DNA from: a virus
Taxonomy: Duplodnaviria; Caudoviricetes
DNA length: 64,000 nt
Virus record (IMG/VR): IMGVR_UViG_3300014205_000170
Span: 160,001 to 224,000 of that record
Strand: one strand, 5' to 3'
Shown here piece by piece: positions 1 through 9,710 of the stretch. A program made the position numbers and the translations under genes. The notes under the pieces are model-generated. The model searched no databases and was not told the origin of the DNA. It worked only from the letters and a program-made list of their open reading frames with translations. Each line of letters starts with the position of its first letter. Positions within the stretch are counted from its first letter, which is position 1.

Positions 1-821
1 TCCAAAAATCTATGAAGATAACCACCAATATTTAATTGTGTTTCTTTTCTTTTTCCATCCCCAAAACCGGTATCAACATTTGAATAAGTAATAACTTCGC
101 CATTTGCATTGGTTTTTTCGAAAATTTCTTTGTTGTTGTATGTGAAATTAATTGGGGCAATTAATTTTTTAATTTGGTCAAGGTCAGCTACAACTCCATC
201 AATTTTATTGAAAAATTCAAAAATATTAGCTAAGCCGGTATAAAATGCGAAATCAAAATAATGCATGAAATGCTCAAGTCTTGCAATTTTAGTTAACCCA
301 ACATCTTCTGTAATATCATTATTATCACTTTGCTTTTGAGTGGCCATAGACTTGTCTAAAGTAGGCTTCGATAAGAAAATGACTGTTTTCTTTGTTTCTT
401 TGTTGAATTTCAGATAATCTACACGAACGATATTCTCGTCAAATTTATCTTTACTAGAATCGTAACGAGCAAACATTTTTTCGCGGTAAAGAAAAACTGA
501 ATCTCCCTTTTCCTCGGTTCTGAAATTGATTTTATAAATTTCATCATCATCTGGGCTAATCAAGATTAGTTTATTAACCTGATTATATACAGTTGAACAC
601 TTATCACACTTTACAGATTCAATACTGTGTTTATCTTCAACGGTAGTATCGTGTTTTTTAACTACTAATCTTCTGGCTTTTGTTTTAAGGTCTTTTTGAG
701 CTCCACATTTACAATAAAGTCGTTGGCTATCTTTACCTTCAGAGCTGATTCTGTTGGTATCAATCATTGTTTTACCGATATCTACCAAAAAGGAGTGTTG
801 TTTGTTTGCTGTTTTACCCAT
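1..821 (-). CDS. Hypothetical protein, runs off the left edge (MGKTANKQHSFLVDIGK...), with CxC and CxxC motifs
   Basis: ATG at 821-819 and an open frame to the window edge, read manually (absent from the ORF track because it has no stop). TAGATTTG promoter at 871-878. Confidence 0.75.
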   Translation of the reverse strand, partial: MGKTANKQHSFLVDIGKTMIDTNRISSEGKDSQRLYCKCGAQKDLKTKARRLVVKKHDTTVEDKHSIESVKCDKCSTVYNQVNKLILISPDDDEIYKINFRTEEKGDSVFLYREKMFARYDSSKDKFDENIVRVDYLKFNKETKKTVIFLSKPTLDKSMATQKQSDNNDITEDVGLTKIARLEHFMHYFDFAFYTGLANIFEFFNKIDGVVADLDQIKKLIAPINFTYNNKEIFEKTNANGEVITYSNVDTGFGDGKRKETQLNIGGYLHRFL

Positions 822-870
822 GTGTCTATTTTTTTTAGTTTTTAGTTTTTTGATTATAGTTTCAACGATA

Positions 871-902
871 CAAATCTATAAAATTTACACAATAATTCCA
901 AA
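871..902 (-). promoter_or_regulatory. Bacteroidota housekeeping-sigma promoter (TTTG-N20-TAGATTTG)
   Basis: Matches the -33 TTTG / -7 TAnnTTTG consensus. Other TAnnTTTG boxes upstream of minus-strand genes lie at 13161, 17546, 26700, 29682, 38250, 40521 and 62202. Confidence 0.65.
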
Positions 903-944
903 AGTTTTTGGCTTTTTGAAACTATTTAGTTGTAAACTCATATT

Positions 945-3350
945 ATGGACTTTTTAAACGAACATTTTGACAAAGAGTTACAAAGGATGTCTAAATTAGC
1001 TGGAATCCCCAGAAACTCTGTAAATGAAGGTGTCAAAACGGATACTAACCCTAATATAGTCCATGAAGTTTTAAATGAACAAGATGACCTTTTTGGGGAT
1101 TTAACAGACGTTTTTTCCCAGCAAACCAATGCCATCCAGAAAAAACCATCTACCGGTAAATTAAGCAAAGATTTAAAGGCAGCTATGGTATTAAATAACG
1201 TAAGTGAATATCAAGCCGCATTACATGGTTTAAATACAAAATATAACCCAAAGACACTTGGAGCAAAGCCAGAAGAACTTGGAGGTACAGCCGGAACTAT
1301 AATAGCCAAAAAGCCAATTGAAAAATTCAAAGACGCTTCAAAGGATATTGAAAATATGAAATACTCAAATTCTAATCATTTAAAGGATTTGACAAGTAAT
1401 GATTTTGATAAGGAAATAGAGAATCAAAAAAAGTTCTCTAGCGCTCCTGTAAGCTGGGATGAAAAATCCAAACAATTTAATCCAACGAACCAAATCAGTT
1501 TAGCCAAATGGCAACCAACTCATAAAGATGAATCTATTATATCGTATGAAAAACAAGTTGATAAGTTTGGTCATGAAACATTTTCTTTATCAGATAGAGG
1601 TAAAGAACAATTAGAGTTTTTACAAAGAATGTATTCCAATAAACCACTTCCTCCTAATGGAGATGAAAGTGTTGATATTGAAAGTGTTCTTACTAACAAT
1701 GATTTTATTTATAAAAATGTAGTTACTGCAAACTCCGAGAAAATTCTAAGAGATTTCTTTAATAAAGCTGTTGTTCCTATTATTGCTTCTGCTTTAAAAA
1801 GAACTACTGCTGCTCCTAAAGACACTCAATTTGAAAGATTTGTTAGAGCCGGCGTTGACCATGCTTTAGACCAAACAAAAAGAGGAAAATATAACCCATC
1901 CTTTAAAAATTACGGTGCTTGGTTTATACAAGTAGTAAAACACAAAGTAATTGACCAATTAAAATCTCAAACTACTTTTCGTTTAGATACTGCTCATGCA
2001 TATGATTTATTATCAAACATGCCTGGACCGCTTAAAATTGATTCACAATTGAATCCTGAACAGGCTATTGGTAACTATGACAGTGTCATTGAGAGTAAGA
2101 ACAAGTTCACAAAAGATGGTGTAGAGCATAATTATTTTACTTACGTTTACCAAAAACCGGAAAACGCATTAAGCGATTTGGAAGCCAAAGCTCTAAAAAC
2201 AGATACTGGCTTTAAAAAATCACCATTAAAAGCACAATACTTGAAGGAACCGGGAATGTTCTACAAAAGCTCCCTTGAACACATTCCTGCAAATACATCT
2301 CAACAAACCGTAGAACCGGCATATTTTGAAAAATTTGAAGATATTTCTGCTAATACAGTATTGAAAATCGCTTCAAAGGAAGTAAATGATATACTTGCTC
2401 AAATCGCCAAAGAGATAGTGGTTTCTAATGCTAAAGTTGGAGATACTGTTAAATTAAGTGGTAGAGAAAATGCACTATACCCTACTCTTACTAAAGGTCA
2501 ATCATACGAAGTTATTGAAAAAGGTGAAGACCCAACAGTTGGTGGTGGTAAACCAAAAAAATACTATTATGTAATAGATGATTCTGGGAAAAAAATTAAA
2601 GTTGGTGCTAGAGCATTAACGCCAACAGAATCAGTTGAGGGCAAAATCGTATCAAAAGCCAGAGAAAATGAACAAACAGTAACAGAGCTATTGAGACTAT
2701 TGCTTCAATATGGTAGATTAAAACCGGTATATACTAAAACAGTTTACTTGCCAAAAGCAGATGGCGGTTGGGCAAAGAAAAATGTTGGTGATGCAGTTGC
2801 TAAAGATAGAACGGGAAAAATCATTGTACCTTTTTCAACAGATAAAGCAGGTTCAAAATATAAAGATTTAGAATCTGCTCCTATTGAATATGTGTGGAGT
2901 ACTGAAAAATATTCTGATGAAGTAAATGATAAAATAATTGATGACATAGCTAATATGGCTAAGAAAAAAGGTTTGAATTTACCTAGTCAGTATTTTACCG
3001 CTACAAACGAACCTCTTTATAAACAAAAAGGTGTTCCAAAAGATACAAAACAAAAAACCATTGAATTCATAAATGGTGTTCGTAATGCTTTAAGAAGATA
3101 TTTTGGTTTTACTAGCTTAAACAATGAAGTAATAAAGCAGAATAGAGATATTCTAAAAAAACTAATTGATAACTGGTCTAATTCTCAAGAAGCCATTGCA
3201 CAAAACATAACAGAAGTTGAAATTAGAAAAACTATCAAAGGTTTACTTAAAGAAATAAATGAAATAGAAACTTTAGATGCAATTTCTGTGGATGCGCAAA
3301 AATGGGTATCAAAAAAAGTAGCACAACTAATAGGAACAACAGAATTATAA
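945..3350 (+). CDS. Large protein with a sigma70 region-2-like segment and an SH3-like segment; putative virion-packaged protein
   Basis: KYNPSFKNYGAWFIQVVKHKVIDQLK resembles ECF sigma region 2. N-terminal LQRMSKLAGI and C-terminal IRKTIKGLLKE motifs. Confidence 0.5.
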   Translation: MDFLNEHFDKELQRMSKLAGIPRNSVNEGVKTDTNPNIVHEVLNEQDDLFGDLTDVFSQQTNAIQKKPSTGKLSKDLKAAMVLNNVSEYQAALHGLNTKYNPKTLGAKPEELGGTAGTIIAKKPIEKFKDASKDIENMKYSNSNHLKDLTSNDFDKEIENQKKFSSAPVSWDEKSKQFNPTNQISLAKWQPTHKDESIISYEKQVDKFGHETFSLSDRGKEQLEFLQRMYSNKPLPPNGDESVDIESVLTNNDFIYKNVVTANSEKILRDFFNKAVVPIIASALKRTTAAPKDTQFERFVRAGVDHALDQTKRGKYNPSFKNYGAWFIQVVKHKVIDQLKSQTTFRLDTAHAYDLLSNMPGPLKIDSQLNPEQAIGNYDSVIESKNKFTKDGVEHNYFTYVYQKPENALSDLEAKALKTDTGFKKSPLKAQYLKEPGMFYKSSLEHIPANTSQQTVEPAYFEKFEDISANTVLKIASKEVNDILAQIAKEIVVSNAKVGDTVKLSGRENALYPTLTKGQSYEVIEKGEDPTVGGGKPKKYYYVIDDSGKKIKVGARALTPTESVEGKIVSKARENEQTVTELLRLLLQYGRLKPVYTKTVYLPKADGGWAKKNVGDAVAKDRTGKIIVPFSTDKAGSKYKDLESAPIEYVWSTEKYSDEVNDKIIDDIANMAKKKGLNLPSQYFTATNEPLYKQKGVPKDTKQKTIEFINGVRNALRRYFGFTSLNNEVIKQNRDILKKLIDNWSNSQEAIAQNITEVEIRKTIKGLLKEINEIETLDAISVDAQKWVSKKVAQLIGTTEL

Positions 3351-3369
3351 AATTTTAAACAAACAAAAA

Positions 3370-4815
3370 ATGAAAAACATAAAAATTACTTTAAAAGATT
3401 TAAGAAAATTAATTGCTGAAAATGCTTTTAAAATTTTAGAAGACAAAGAAGAAGAGTTATCTGATGTAACTCCAGAATTAAACAAAGATATTGATTCTTC
3501 AGAAACATTAAACATAGCAGATGAAACTCCAGCCGACACTGATAGTCAAGACTCTTTAAATAGTTCTTATGAAAATCTAAGTGATATAATTAAGAAAGTA
3601 GCTTCATATTTAGATAGTACAAAATTAAATCAGTTAAATGCTGAAATTTTAAAATCACTTACAACTGGTAAAGTTAATCGTAATTTTACTTTTGATAAAA
3701 TGGTATCAGAAAGTAAAAACAGAAAAGACTTTGATTATTTTACAACTGTATTAGCAACATTATACAAGAATGCAAATTCTAGCGAAAAAGAAAATATAAG
3801 AAAAGTTTTATTTTTAGCATTGCCTGTTTATAACATGGCTTCAATTGAAAGTGGTCAGGGTGACATACGTCCTTCATCATTTGCTAAAACTGTTGCTCAA
3901 AAAGCTGGTATAGGTTATGATTTTAATATTAATGCAAAAACCATAGATGCCAGTTATTATATTGATATTGTTGCTGACGCAGTTTATGAAGCAATTGATT
4001 ATTTTTTAAAAAACTATGACCCAGACAGAGGGGGATTGTTTAGTGCACAAGTTCTATATAAAGCAGCAAACTTAGCTAAAGACTCTTTGGGTAGTAAATT
4101 ACATCAAAAAACTTTTGCTGTGGGTGGTCAAAAATATTCTTTAGATGAACCATTGGGTGATGCAGGAGAAGAAGATACAGAAACAAAGATGGATAGAGTA
4201 ACCGGTAAAGAAGGTGAAGTAACTGGTGCAGAAAGAGAAGCAATTAAAGGTTTTGCAAATTCTTTAAAATCTTTCGTTCAAGGAAAGCTTGGACAAAAAG
4301 ATAGCTTGAAAAATTATTTAGAATTTTTTAATCTTTTCATTCAAGGTCATAATTTATCTGAAATTGCGGACATTATGGAAAAGAGTTCTGGAAATATCAG
4401 AATTATAAAAATGAGAATGGAAGACTTTATAACAAAGTTTGTTGAAAGTGGTGAGTTGCAAGATTATGTTTATGATAAAACAGGAATAAAAATTGATTTT
4501 CCTAATAATAAATTTACTTTATCAGTACAAGGAAATGGTAAAGGAGCAGGAGAAGTTGAGCCAGTAGAATATTTTCAAGTTACAGGACATAATCCTGAAA
4601 CAGGTGAAGCTGTTGGTGAATGGGTACAAATAACTCCAGATAAACATGATAGCGAAACTACTTGGTTTAACAATTATGGAGATTTGGTATTTGGACGTGA
4701 AGAAGAAGCGCAAGAAACTATTGAAACATCTGACGAAGAAAAAGAACAACAAATCGCAGAATCTTTATTGAAAATAATAAAAACTAGACTTTTAAAAAAC
4801 TCTAAAAATGATTAA
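3370..4815 (+). CDS. Sigma70-family-like protein with N- and C-terminal extensions
   Basis: Region 2 (AIDYFLKNYDPDRGGLFSA), region 3 (SLDEPLGD) and region 4 HTH (HNLSEIADIMEKSSGNIRIIKMR) occur in the correct order. Confidence 0.7.
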   Translation: MKNIKITLKDLRKLIAENAFKILEDKEEELSDVTPELNKDIDSSETLNIADETPADTDSQDSLNSSYENLSDIIKKVASYLDSTKLNQLNAEILKSLTTGKVNRNFTFDKMVSESKNRKDFDYFTTVLATLYKNANSSEKENIRKVLFLALPVYNMASIESGQGDIRPSSFAKTVAQKAGIGYDFNINAKTIDASYYIDIVADAVYEAIDYFLKNYDPDRGGLFSAQVLYKAANLAKDSLGSKLHQKTFAVGGQKYSLDEPLGDAGEEDTETKMDRVTGKEGEVTGAEREAIKGFANSLKSFVQGKLGQKDSLKNYLEFFNLFIQGHNLSEIADIMEKSSGNIRIIKMRMEDFITKFVESGELQDYVYDKTGIKIDFPNNKFTLSVQGNGKGAGEVEPVEYFQVTGHNPETGEAVGEWVQITPDKHDSETTWFNNYGDLVFGREEEAQETIETSDEEKEQQIAESLLKIIKTRLLKNSKND

Positions 4816-5275
4816 CGAAAACAAAATTAGAAAAGCTATTCGTAAGCATTTATTTGAATGTATGGATGAAACTATCCTGCCAGCTAATGAAGGATTAGAT
4901 GAAGCTTTGATTGATGAAGAAAGAATCACCAATGATGAAGCAAAAAAACATGTTGCAAAAAAAGAAAACTTTGTTGGGTCACATATTTTTGGAGAAAAAT
5001 TAGGAGAAAATTATGTTGTATGTTCATATGGGGAACAGTTTCCTTTATTTATTTATGATGCCAAAGAAAATAAGTGGTATGAAAATAAAGACCAATATGT
5101 TTTTAATGGAGAAGTTGTAGAACAAACAGAAGAGCATAGAAATCTTTTAAAACCTACTGTGGATATGCACACCGAATCACTCGAAGCTATGATTCAAAAA
5201 TTGAATAACATTAAAAAAAGAGCCGGTATTGAGGAACTTAACCACACATCTGTAGAACCAGGAACAAAAAATTAA
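4808..5275 (+). CDS. Hypothetical protein, putative virion-associated
   Basis: 155 aa ORF overlapping the previous stop; IRKAIRKHLFE and IKKRAGI motifs. Confidence 0.7.
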   Translation: MINENKIRKAIRKHLFECMDETILPANEGLDEALIDEERITNDEAKKHVAKKENFVGSHIFGEKLGENYVVCSYGEQFPLFIYDAKENKWYENKDQYVFNGEVVEQTEEHRNLLKPTVDMHTESLEAMIQKLNNIKKRAGIEELNHTSVEPGTKN

Positions 5276-5646
5276 GAAAACCAATTACTTACATTAAACC
5301 AATTTTTCTTTTGTGGTTTAAATTTATTTTTATCTCCTTTTTTTAAATTCAATAGATACGTTAAAGCCGCTTGTTCGGTAATATGCGTAGTAACATCTTT
5401 ATTATTATACCACCCCTGAGATAGTTCTTTTAAATAACCTTTTTGTAATTGATTATTTTCATCTAAAAAAATTCTATAAAAATTTAATATAATTTTATAT
5501 TTTACTTCATGCTTTTCCTTATATCTTCTAGAAAATCCAGCATATTGATAAACTTCTGAATATTTTTCAAATTTAATATAATTAAATTTTTTAGAAAATT
5601 CTTGTGGACACTTAACCCACTCAACAAATGTTCTTTTTTCCTCCAT
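5272..5646 (-). CDS. Hypothetical protein
   Basis: 124 aa ORF directly downstream of the kinase gene. Confidence 0.65.
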   Translation of the reverse strand: MEEKRTFVEWVKCPQEFSKKFNYIKFEKYSEVYQYAGFSRRYKEKHEVKYKIILNFYRIFLDENNQLQKGYLKELSQGWYNNKDVTTHITEQAALTYLLNLKKGDKNKFKPQKKNWFNVSNWFS

Positions 5647-5648
5647 TG

Positions 5649-6359
5649 TTAATTTATATTTCTTAAAATATCCAAAGTATTAACATGTAGAATATCATCA
5701 TAACCTTCATCAGAAGAAGGTTCTTGATAACTTAACAATATTCTTTGAATTACTTCTGGTGATAAAGTTTTTGACCCACCTTGTTTTTTTATTTCTTGAT
5801 TTCTTTTATCAGCCAACTTCGAAATGATACTTAATGTTTCCGGGTCTTTAAAATTAAATACAATAGCTATTTTTTTAAATTCAGGATGCAAATCAATGTC
5901 CCCTAAATTTATTTTCCTATCAGATTTACTCATATTTACCATATCAATAACAATATCACTTGTTGAGTTTATAGCAGAAGTTATTTCTTGTTTTAAATTT
6001 TGTGCAACAATTTTATTTGTTTTAGAAACTTTTTCAAAAGCAGTTGGATAATATTGTTTCATTCTTTCATCATCATTTGGAATTACGCGTCCAAATTTCT
6101 CTTTCCCCACTACAGGTTCTCCAATAGTATCTTGTGGTGTTGGATATACATAAAGGTCGTCATAAGTTAAACCAAGGCTTGTAGCTACTTTATTTACAAT
6201 ATCATCTCGTGAAATAATGATAGCACCTTTAAGATTAGGGTTGTTTTTAATAAAAGTTGATTTTCCAATAGCCGGTGGCCCTATTAAAACATAGACTTTT
6301 CTTTTTGAAATAGGAGAATTAGATAAAATTTCTCTAATTATTTTTCGAACTTCTTTCAT
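5649..6359 (-). CDS. P-loop kinase (AAA_33 / polynucleotide-kinase-like)
   Basis: Walker A GPPAIGKST, IISRDDI, IVIDMVN..R; N-terminal VRKIIREIL. Confidence 0.75.
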   Translation of the reverse strand: MKEVRKIIREILSNSPISKRKVYVLIGPPAIGKSTFIKNNPNLKGAIIISRDDIVNKVATSLGLTYDDLYVYPTPQDTIGEPVVGKEKFGRVIPNDDERMKQYYPTAFEKVSKTNKIVAQNLKQEITSAINSTSDIVIDMVNMSKSDRKINLGDIDLHPEFKKIAIVFNFKDPETLSIISKLADKRNQEIKKQGGSKTLSPEVIQRILLSYQEPSSDEGYDDILHVNTLDILRNIN

Positions 6360-6376
6360 CTATAATAAATAGATTT

Positions 6377-6580
6377 TTAATATATATTTTTTAATTCTTT
6401 TTTAACCTTTTTCCAGTGTTTTTCGTCACTATGATTCCTCTCAATATGTGAATCTATTATTTCATTCACAGCAATAACAGCACATTGTTTAGCTAAAAAT
6501 GATGATATCAATCCTTTTCCGGCATTTAACATAGAAAGATATATTTCTCTTGCTTGTATCTTTGGATTTTTATTCTTCAT
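6377..6580 (-). CDS. Small hypothetical phage protein
   Basis: 67 aa ORF in a tightly packed operon. Confidence 0.6.
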   Translation of the reverse strand: MKNKNPKIQAREIYLSMLNAGKGLISSFLAKQCAVIAVNEIIDSHIERNHSDEKHWKKVKKELKNIY

Positions 6581-6585
6581 GTATT

Positions 6586-6846
6586 TTAATAAATTTTACA
6601 CATTATTACAATTCTTTCTAAGTGCGTTTCAACCCTTTTTAGAGAAATAAAAGCATTTGGACTATATCCAGAAAGTGTACCATGGTTTAATTCTTTAAAG
6701 TGTAATGCAATTTCTTTTCCATGAAAATGCATGGCATTGCTAATTGTATAAATTTTTCCTTTTATAGGAATATCTGCATTATAACTTCGTAAGAGTTTTA
6801 CTTCAATAAGACTTACATCTAATTTACATATTACTTTTTCTTTCAC
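6586..6846 (-). CDS. Hypothetical protein
   Basis: 86 aa ORF with ATGA overlap with the upstream gene. Confidence 0.55.
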   Translation of the reverse strand: MKEKVICKLDVSLIEVKLLRSYNADIPIKGKIYTISNAMHFHGKEIALHFKELNHGTLSGYSPNAFISLKRVETHLERIVIMCKIY

Positions 6847-7097
6847 TTATATTTAATTTTCATTATAAGTAATATAAGACCAAATAATAAAGAGAAAGTA
6901 TTGGTAATTAAAATAGCATTTTCTTTAATTAAAAAACCATACACAAACCAGAACAAAACACCTATTACATAGATGACATACATTGATAAAGAAATACTTT
7001 TTGTATCCTTTGTACGAATTGTTTTTATCATTTGAGGTACAAATGCACCAGTAGTTAAAAGGCCAGCTACTAAACCTATTATTGTTGGAGAAATCAT
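6843..7097 (-). CDS. SemiSWEET / PQ-loop transporter
   Basis: 84 aa with 3 TM segments; GLVAGLLTTGAFVPQMIKTIRTKDTKSIS and WFVYG are typical SemiSWEET signatures. Confidence 0.9.
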   Translation of the reverse strand: MISPTIIGLVAGLLTTGAFVPQMIKTIRTKDTKSISLSMYVIYVIGVLFWFVYGFLIKENAILITNTFSLLFGLILLIMKIKYK

Positions 7098-7318
7098 AAC
7101 TTAAATACCAAATTATTTACAAGGTCCGCAGGCCACAAATTAGGAATTTTATTTAAATGTTTTTCGCAGATAACTATTCTTTCTTGAATTGATTCACAAT
7201 CTTCACAAAATCTATTAATTATTAGTTGTTGAGAATTGTCAAGAACTTCAATTTTAAGCCTACAATGTATATAGCAAAATCTTTCATGATATTTCTCTGT
7301 ATAAGATTTTTCCGACAT
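7094..7318 (-). CDS. Hypothetical Cys-rich protein carrying the RxVhhEK motif
   Basis: 74 aa; RIVICEK. Confidence 0.6.
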   Translation of the reverse strand: MSEKSYTEKYHERFCYIHCRLKIEVLDNSQQLIINRFCEDCESIQERIVICEKHLNKIPNLWPADLVNNLVFKL

Positions 7319-7590
7319 TAATTTTTTTCAATTCTAACTACTCGTTTTAATATATCAACTTCTTTAAATCTTTCGTTAAAAGATTCAGTACCTATTTGAT
7401 TCCAACAACTATTATCATCAATAACATACCCAGAAGGTTCCCATATAGAATTATTTGCATCTCCACCATTATGTTGTTGGTGTTCTTGATAAATCTTACC
7501 TTTTTTTAAAACTTGAACTTTAAAAGTAAAAGAAGCCACTCCACCATCATCAAGTCCATATTCATCTATTAAAGCTTCAAACTTTCTCAT
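7318..7590 (-). CDS. Hypothetical protein with a C-terminal RxVhhEK-like motif
   Basis: 90 aa; RVVRIEK at the C-terminus. Confidence 0.6.
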   Translation of the reverse strand: MRKFEALIDEYGLDDGGVASFTFKVQVLKKGKIYQEHQQHNGGDANNSIWEPSGYVIDDNSCWNQIGTESFNERFKEVDILKRVVRIEKN

Positions 7591-7790
7591 AATTCTTTTA
7601 AAACAAGATGGTCAGTCCCTTCCAAACATGCAATTCCACTTTCAAATCTTGACCTCAATACTCTTTTGGATTTTTTGGAATACTTCGACTCGAATCTTAA
7701 TGTATAATGTTTCCCTTCATTTAATTCACATGTTGCTTTTACTTGTTTTCCGTCTGGAACTTGAATTAGATAAGATTTTCCTGGTATCAT
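7587..7790 (-). CDS. Hypothetical protein
   Basis: 67 aa with ATGA overlaps. Confidence 0.55.
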   Translation of the reverse strand: MIPGKSYLIQVPDGKQVKATCELNEGKHYTLRFESKYSKKSKRVLRSRFESGIACLEGTDHLVLKEL

Positions 7791-8356
7791 GGTTGTTCAA
7801 TTTTTAAAATTATTTTTAAATGATTTAAATGAGCAGCAAGTGCTGCAATACAAGCACAAACATAAATAATTATTGCGAAAACACATCTAACAGTAGAGGT
7901 TGTTTTGGAAATATCAAAACTTAATAAACAAAATGAAAAGAGCAAATAAAATACGAAAACAATAATAAAAAAAATGATATATATGGATAACAATTTTTTA
8001 AACCAATTAAAAGATAATAATTTTATTGTAATTTCTTCATCTCTACCATTAGTCAATTCAACAATGTGCGTTTTACAATAAATACCAACTGGCGCTATAC
8101 CACACAGAAAAAATATAAGAAATATTAATCTATCTGCAATATCCCAGTTAAATAAATTTAAATTTAAACTTGTCATCACTGCCATGGAATACCCTAAAAT
8201 TAAGCTAGTAAGTGTAGCAATAATATTACAAATATTCCTTTTTATTTTTGACATTTTTATATCTCGCGTTCTTTTTAAAACTATATATCGATTAATTCCA
8301 GCTTTTTCCAACATTACTTTTCGTTCTAATTTATAAGGCCAAGTTAATGTTAACAT
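7787..8356 (-). CDS. Membrane protein (4 TM) with an N-terminal RxVhhEK motif
   Basis: Hydrophobic segments; RKVMLEK. Confidence 0.65.
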   Translation of the reverse strand: MLTLTWPYKLERKVMLEKAGINRYIVLKRTRDIKMSKIKRNICNIIATLTSLILGYSMAVMTSLNLNLFNWDIADRLIFLIFFLCGIAPVGIYCKTHIVELTNGRDEEITIKLLSFNWFKKLLSIYIIFFIIVFVFYLLFSFCLLSFDISKTTSTVRCVFAIIIYVCACIAALAAHLNHLKIILKIEQP

Positions 8357-8407
8357 GCTAATTTATGAATAAAAAGGGAGATAAAAAAAGGTTTTTTAAA
8401 AAAAATA

Positions 8408-9337
8408 TTAGATATTCAAGGTAAGGTAACCATCTAAGGTTTTTTGAGCTTCTTTATAAGATTTAAGGGCAATTTTTTGCTCTTTACCTGCTTTTGCAAT
8501 ATCTAAATAATTACAAAGAGTTAGAAAAATTTTCAAAGTATCAGTATTGTATTTTTCTAAATCTACCATACCGACAAATTCTTTATAAGAAGGTAATCTC
8601 TGGTTTTTTAAAATAAGCCCATCTTTATAAAGTATTCTTAAAAGCTCTGAATAATTCGCTTTATCTTCCTCTAATTTTTTCTTCTTTTTTTCTATAAATC
8701 CTTGAAAATCTTCTTGTTGTGTATTTTCGTTTATCTCTGAATCCTCTTCGAAAATTGATTCTTTAATCTCATTCTTCTCGATGGCAGTATCAAATCCAGA
8801 TTCTGCTTTTTCTAATTCAACCACTGAGTCTAATTTCACTTCATCAATCTTATTGGAAATGGTATTTGTTTTAATTACATAAGAAATGAGTAAGTGTAAA
8901 AAACATAATGAAATTATTGGCAATACTGCTCCTGAAAAAATAGCTATTATTCGTTTAACAAAAATCACATCTGTATTATCAAATATATCAAAGCCAAATA
9001 ATTCAGTAAAATTCTTTATTAAATTAGAGTCTTGAATCATTTTATTGGTAGTTGTATCATACGCATAATAGGTATTACCCATCATTTGAAATAGCGTTAA
9101 TAGAATAAAAATAAGCCATATGGTTGTCTTACTTATTTTATCCATAGCTACTAGTCCAGCCAATGAAGAAAGAGCTCCCAATTCAAAAGCAACAGCCAAT
9201 ACAATTGATAAAGTATAATAATTACTTAATTCAAAAAAACTAATTACGTGAATTGTACTTACGAAAGAAGTAATAAGTGGTACAATTATAAAAGAAGTTA
9301 TAATCCACCAAGATGCTTTGTTTTTATTTGTTGACAT
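8408..9337 (-). CDS. Membrane protein with 4 N-terminal TM segments and an acidic soluble C-terminus
   Basis: 309 aa; hydropathy judged by eye. Confidence 0.75.
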   Translation of the reverse strand: MSTNKNKASWWIITSFIIVPLITSFVSTIHVISFFELSNYYTLSIVLAVAFELGALSSLAGLVAMDKISKTTIWLIFILLTLFQMMGNTYYAYDTTTNKMIQDSNLIKNFTELFGFDIFDNTDVIFVKRIIAIFSGAVLPIISLCFLHLLISYVIKTNTISNKIDEVKLDSVVELEKAESGFDTAIEKNEIKESIFEEDSEINENTQQEDFQGFIEKKKKKLEEDKANYSELLRILYKDGLILKNQRLPSYKEFVGMVDLEKYNTDTLKIFLTLCNYLDIAKAGKEQKIALKSYKEAQKTLDGYLTLNI

Positions 9338-9338
9338 C

Positions 9339-9686
9339 TTATTTTATATTTTTCAATTTTTCTTGAAGTATTTTTATCTTGTTGTTATAACTATTTATAG
9401 CATCATCCGGACGCGTTGTAGTACGAACAATAGCATTGTTTGTATACACCACTTCTCTAGCGATTTCCAGAGCATTGATTTCTAAAAGTATTTCAAGCTT
9501 TTCGTTTGAAACTTTTTGTTTTAAGGTTGAATCTAAAGCATGAATTGTTTGGTCTAACTTATCTATTCTGCGAGATTCTTTTAAAATTCCACCTTTAGTA
9601 CCACATGTACTAAGAAGAATACATATTCCTAAAAAAATAAGGATTAGTATTCCATATTTATTTGCAAATTCTACGATTTTTTTCAT
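9339..9686 (-). CDS. Putative lipoprotein or membrane-anchored coiled-coil protein
   Basis: N-terminal hydrophobic stretch ending in LLSTC; ATATTTAT box just upstream. Confidence 0.65.
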   Translation of the reverse strand: MKKIVEFANKYGILILIFLGICILLSTCGTKGGILKESRRIDKLDQTIHALDSTLKQKVSNEKLEILLEINALEIAREVVYTNNAIVRTTTRPDDAINSYNNKIKILQEKLKNIK

Positions 9687-9710
9687 GATTATAAATATAT
9701 CAATAAAAGC

